Below, one piece after another: positions 50,952-55,990 of a DNA stretch of 55,990 nt; the first letter of the stretch is position 1, and the number at the start of each line of letters is the position of its first letter. The notes below the pieces were generated by a model. The model was not told the DNA's origin. It did not search any database and saw only the letters and a program-made list of their open reading frames with translations. The stretch is from Girardia tigrina. Taxonomy: Eukaryota. The position numbers were made by a program, and so were the translations under genes. The stretch is taken from contig MQRK01242253.1 of assembly GCA_001938485.1 (NCBI GenBank), positions 69,028 to 125,017 of the forward strand, given 5' to 3'.

Positions 50952-51310
50952 TTTTATAATTGAAGTTCAGAATCGAAAAAACGGAAATAAATATTTTTAA
51001 GAAATTAATTTACATTGGAACTTATCTTAAAAATAATTTTATAATTAATGTTTTACAAATCAGAATTAAAATAAATATTTTAGGAAGATAGTTTTACACG
51101 CGAATTTATATTACAAAAAGTATTTTAATTAATGTTTTAAAAATAAAAAAAAGGAATAAATATTTTATGAAATTAATTTTACATTGGAACTTATATTAAA
51201 AATATTTTTATAATTAAAGTTAACAATTAAATTGGAAATAAATATTTTTAGAAATTAATCTTACATTGAAATCCCATTAAAATATTTTATAATTAAAGGT
51301 TTAAAAATCA
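50952..51310. repeat. AT-rich tandem repeat, ~4 copies of an ~80-86-bp unit
   Basis: Recurrent TTTTATAATT...AATAAATATTTT...GAAATTAATTTTACATTGGAACTTAT. Confidence 0.7.
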
Positions 51311-51829
51311 TATTTAAGTTTAATAAAAATTGTTAAAAAATAAAATGTAATTTTTACAAAACTTACCAAAATAAAAATTAATTCAATCGATATTTATATT
51401 TAGAATTTTAAAATCTGGTTTATGCAAACTGAAAAATATTGTTCCTCATAAATTTGTTTGTGTATTGGAAGTTCTAGTAGCAATAAAAGTTAGTCGTAAT
51501 GTAGTCGTAAGTTAGTCGTTGTAGTAGTAATAAACGTTAGTTAGATCTTAATCTCGAACCCAATACGAACCTTTTAGGTAGTTTTGAAATTTATTTCTTA
51601 AAATGTTTTATAATGAATTATTTCCTGGATTGATTATGGTTTCTTGAATATCATAAAGAATCAGACAATTGAGTCATGACAGTGATCCTAACTGATAATC
51701 CTAACGTCGAGTTATTAAACGATTTCTATAGAGTATACAAAACTGAATATTTATTTGACAAATAATAAAAATAGTAAAATTTTGTTTGACAATAAAAATA
51801 TATTTATTTTCATTCGACAATCTAAAAAA

Positions 51830-52266
51830 TCTAGTTCTTCTGGTGAATTAACCTTTGGAAAAACTACAACAAATTCATCACACGCGTTTTCTGTTTTTCA
51901 ATAACTCTTCAAAAAATATTTACTCCTTTTTACAGATAGCTTGCATAACATGACTGAAAATGTAAAAAAAATTGTTTACCCCAGCTGAGTTTCAAATATA
52001 AACCGATAACATGATGTATATTTAGAACGTACGTTTAACCCCTTCACTAAACGTAGGGTTAAACGTACGTTCTAAATATACATCATGTTATCGGTTTATA
52101 TTTGAAACTCATCTGGGGTAAACAATTTTTTTACATTTTCAGTCATGTTATGCAAGCTATCTGTAAAAAGGAGTAAATATTTTTTGAAGAGTTATTGAAA
52201 AACAGAAAACGCATGTGATGAATTTGTTGTAGTTTTTCCAAAGGTTAATTCACCAGAAGAACTAGA
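51830..52266. repeat. Near-perfect palindrome: ~212-bp arms, 14-nt spacer
   Basis: 51830-52041 is the reverse complement of 52056-52266, with about 2 substitutions and one 1-nt indel by eye. Confidence 0.95.
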
Positions 52267-53652
52267 ACGTCACGAGTTAATATCGTGATTCGTTTTGGAA
52301 TTATAGTTTGATTAAATAGTTGTTTTCAGCGTGAATGTCTACTAGGCTACCCCTTCCTAAAGGATCTGTTAGATTAGCTTCAGACGTATTTAATCTCAGA
52401 TTTCGTAACAGCCACAATGACTATAGAACCTTTTCATCTAAAAATGTAAACCTTAGAAATAATTTTTACAGCCTCAATTCTATAGTCTCTATAAGACTAT
52501 AAGACTATTTGGCTGGCAACAAGAGATTAACGATTTATCATAAGTACTACGTGGAAGTACGCCCGGCTGTCCAACACAAGTTTTGAACAGCTTTGTCGTG
52601 ACATTATGTACAACTGTATATAATCATTTTCCTTTCTTTAAAGTTTTAGTGTTGTAGTATTTATCTAAGTAATATATACGGAGAAAAGTAAATCAAAACC
52701 TGAATGTACAAAAATATACAAAATCCTACAATAATTAATCATTTAGAGAAAGAATCAAACAGTGATTCTGTGAAATCCACGAGTCTGTGGCTAGATTGAT
52801 ACTTCAGAATCAATTTAAAATCGATAGCTATGTGAAAATATGCTGCTGGAATAATTTCTTTTCATATTATCGCGAGACAACGAATAATCAGTAATATAAA
52901 TTATGTTAATACTTATGAAAATATTTCTTAAATATTCTGGATTTTTATTTGCATCTCCTCTGACGTGTGATATTTGTAAAAGAGCTTCTTTCAGTGAGAA
53001 AAACGAAAGAAAGAATTAATTAATCATAGTCACCCCCCACGGAGATTTTTCCAATTTAGAAAATAAATTTTTTCCAATTTTGAAATAATTACACACTGTC
53101 TTGTTACAAAGAATTTCAGTAAAAATAATTACATTTGCTCTTAAAATTATTAAAAGCTGGTAAACATCTTAAATGTTATATTGCTGGATGCTTTCTTGTT
53201 CTTCTCATGATGAATGACGTCCATAAAAATACCTTCTTCACTCCTAAATGTTTATTTGTTACAAAGTAGTTGTTCTCGTAGTATATATTTAATCAACTTT
53301 AATAAACTATATGTACTAATAGTGCAAAAGATCCTCATGAGGTAATGGAAACATTTCATGAAAGTGCGGTATACATATATCCTTCATAACAACAAACCAA
53401 CTTTGAGACATATTTAGAAATATACTTTGCCATCAATGTATAATCTTAACCGAATAGTTAAAAATTTTAACTTAAAAGTAAATATATGAGACAGTCCACA
53501 GTTTTGAAACTGGAAAAATGAAGATAACATTAGTGAATGTGGCCTGTGATGAAAGTTTGATCTTTTGTGTTCGAATATTGTATGTTGATTTCGGATTGTG
53601 TCTCTCTTACCCAGATAAATGATTAATATTTGAACTTATTTCATTTAATATC

Positions 53653-54017
53653 CAGAACCGTAGTGAGGGCGGTGCGAGCGGTGCGGCCGCACCGGGCGCA
53701 TGGGCGCCAAAATCGCAAAATGACCAATTTTGACCGATCAGATCTCTGTAGGCTAATCACTTTATAATAATAATTATAGTAGTCTTTTTTGTTTAATGAC
53801 AAAGCATCCATGAATTTATCCGAATAAATTGATGTTTTCTTATAGCTAGGCGATGCAAGGCTTAAGCATCAATGCTGTGTCATAGAGCATGTGAATACGA
53901 ACGTTAAAGTCAATTTAATTCTTTTAAGGCATAATTTGTAGTAGTGAATCTTTTTCGCACTGGGGGCGCCAGATTTGAACTTCGCACAGGGCGCAATTTT
54001 TCCTTACTACGGCTCTG
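53653..54017. mobile_element. hAT (Tip100-like) MITE, 365 bp
   Basis: TIR CAGAACCGTAGTGAGG / CCTTACTACGGCTCTG, perfect 8-bp TSD TTAATATC, GGGCGC subterminal motifs. Confidence 0.9.
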
Positions 54018-54441
54018 TTAATATCATTCTAATATTTTACATAAATTGATAAATGTTATATTACATTTTTAAATAAATAAAGCGAATTAATATTTAAAAT
54101 ATGATTAATGATCATTAATCAATCGTATGATTCAAAATTATGAAAGTCTTGAGAATATTTGTCCTGAGGATAAATCAACTTGTAATAATAAGTGTCAAAA
54201 ATCATATCAGGATTTTTAAAATGACCAATTGATTGAAAGAGCATGTGCATAATTGTGGAAGATAATTAATAAGTTAGAAAAAGAATTAAAACATTGATTC
54301 TGTTAAATCCACGAGTCTGTGGCTAGATTGATGCTTCAGGATCATCAATACAATGTTGATTACTTATGAGCAAGACGAGGAAATAGAACTTAGAATAAAG
54401 TCTTAACCGTGAATATCTATTCGAAGAATGTTTTTAATCTA

Positions 54442-55694
54442 TTAGGTTGTTCGGAAAGTTCGTAGCGTTTTGCAATAAAAATTTCAAAGATGATTTTTTT
54501 TAATTTTCACGCATAATTAAACTGGTGTACCTTTTATAAATAAATAAATATACATTAGATTTTAAAAATAAATCGTTTTTACATAGATTATAAATTTATA
54601 ATGGAAGAAAATAAACATTATTTAAGACATGTTATGCTATTTTATTTTAATAAGAAAAATGCTGCAGAAATCAGGAAGAAAATCTGTAAAGTTTATGGTG
54701 ATGATGCTATAGGAGAGAGTACAGCTCGTAAATGGTTTGCAAACTTTAAAAAAGAAGAATTCAACGTCGAGGATGAAGAAAGATCTGACCGCCCATCAAG
54801 TGACAACGATGACGAAATCAGTCAGATAAAAGCCGATAACCCAAGAATTTCAACAATAGAATTGGCTAACATGCTTGGTATATTTAATAACACCACTCAC
54901 GAACACCTTATCAATCTGGGTTTCGTTTCACGACTCGATATATGGATGCCGAAACAATTATCAGAAAAGGGCTCTCAGAGCGTGCCTTCGCATGTAATAT
55001 TTTGATAAAAAGAAACAATATTGGGTCTTCTCTTAAGCAACTGATAACAAGAGATGAACAGTGAATAATGAAAGATAACATACAGCGGAAAAGATCTCTG
55101 GGAGAGAACAACAAGAACAACATATCTTACATCAGCAAATTCAGATCTTCATCCATAAAGGTTTTCCTTGGCGTATGATGGGATTGGAAGGGAATCATTT
55201 ATTTCGAATTGATTCCTAACAAAGAAACAATTAATTCTGAAAAATATTGTCAACAATTATCGAAATTGGCTGCAGCAATAAAGCTGAAACACCAAGAATT
55301 GACCAACAGAAAATGCGTTGTCTTTCATCAAGACAAGTCAAGGCCTCACAAATTTTTGCAGACTTGAAAAAAAATATTGTAGTTTGAATGGGATATTCTA
55401 TTACATCCTCCTTATTCTCCGGATCGCGCTACTTCAGATTATCACTTTTTCAGTTTCTTTCAAATCTGGAAAGAAATTTGAAAATTCAGAAGGATGCATG
55501 AAATATCTGGATGAGTATTTTTGTGAGGACAAATCAAAGCTTTCACGAAAGAGGCATAATGAGTCTTGAACAGAGATGTAGAAAGGCAGTAGAGAGCAAC
55601 GGAGAATATTATATTGAATCAATACGTCTATGTTAGCTTTTAAAAACCTACAAACTCCCATTAAAAACGCTACGAATTTTCCGAACAACCCTAA
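54442..55694 (+). mobile_element. Full-length degenerate mariner (DD34D-type)
   Basis: TIRs TTAGGTTGTTCGGAAAGTTCGTAGCGTTTT / AAAACGCTACGAATTTTCCGAACAACCCTAA. MEENKHYLRHVMLFYF..., WMPKQL, ITRDEQ, HQD, HPPYSPD, with stops and frameshifts. Confidence 0.93.
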
Positions 55695-55706
55695 TTTATT
55701 TAAATA

Positions 55707-55990
55707 CAGAGTTATCATAAAGTAACTAGAGTTTTAAAACCACTTTAATATTTCGTAGAAATAGTGGAAAACACAAAACAAATTGAAAAATGTATTCAGT
55801 TATATTTCGGATTTATGTGTCCACCATTATTTTCAAGACAAAGCTGAGCCCTGGCCACCAGGGAAGCACTGGCTGCCTGTAGCATATCTTGAGGGATATT
55901 ACTGATGAATGACGAAATGTTCTCCTTTAACTGAGCAAGGTTGGCAGGAGGAGGCATATAGACATTTGCCTTGAGATGACCCCACAACCA
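55707..55990 (-). mobile_element. 3' end of a second rosa/DD41D-like element, runs off window end
   Basis: WLWGHLKANVY...LKENI...CLENNGGHI C-terminus. TA-CAGAGTTATC terminus at 55705. Confidence 0.8.

Noticed and set aside
50952-51310. Repeats here and at 39488-39572 considered as CRISPR-like arrays
   Set aside because: Degenerate tandem units without unique spacers, no cas genes, eukaryotic context.

Overview
This is AT-rich eukaryotic (probably invertebrate) genomic DNA with several N-gaps and very short GT-AG introns (33-55 nt). Only one clearly intact host gene is recognisable: a three-exon elongation factor 1-delta gene on the minus strand (33361-34239, 258 aa), whose last 115 codons all end in G/C. 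Most of the rest is transposon-derived: at least eight Tc1/mariner copies, hAT, MULE, piggyBac-type and pogo-type derivatives, a Helitron, and Ty3/gypsy elements. One nested locus has a near-intact hAT inserted into the ~90-bp 5' LTR of a gypsy element, with both target-site duplications readable. Between the transposons lie decayed host-gene fragments. The most notable is a telomerase reverse transcriptase (TERT)-like remnant with an internal duplication just downstream of EF1-delta; others are DEG/ENaC-like, possibly rhodanese-like and secreted-protein-like. There is also a near-perfect 437-bp palindrome inside an older inverted duplication. No rRNA, tRNA or CRISPR features were seen. All protein calls come from hand translation and motif recognition, not database searches.
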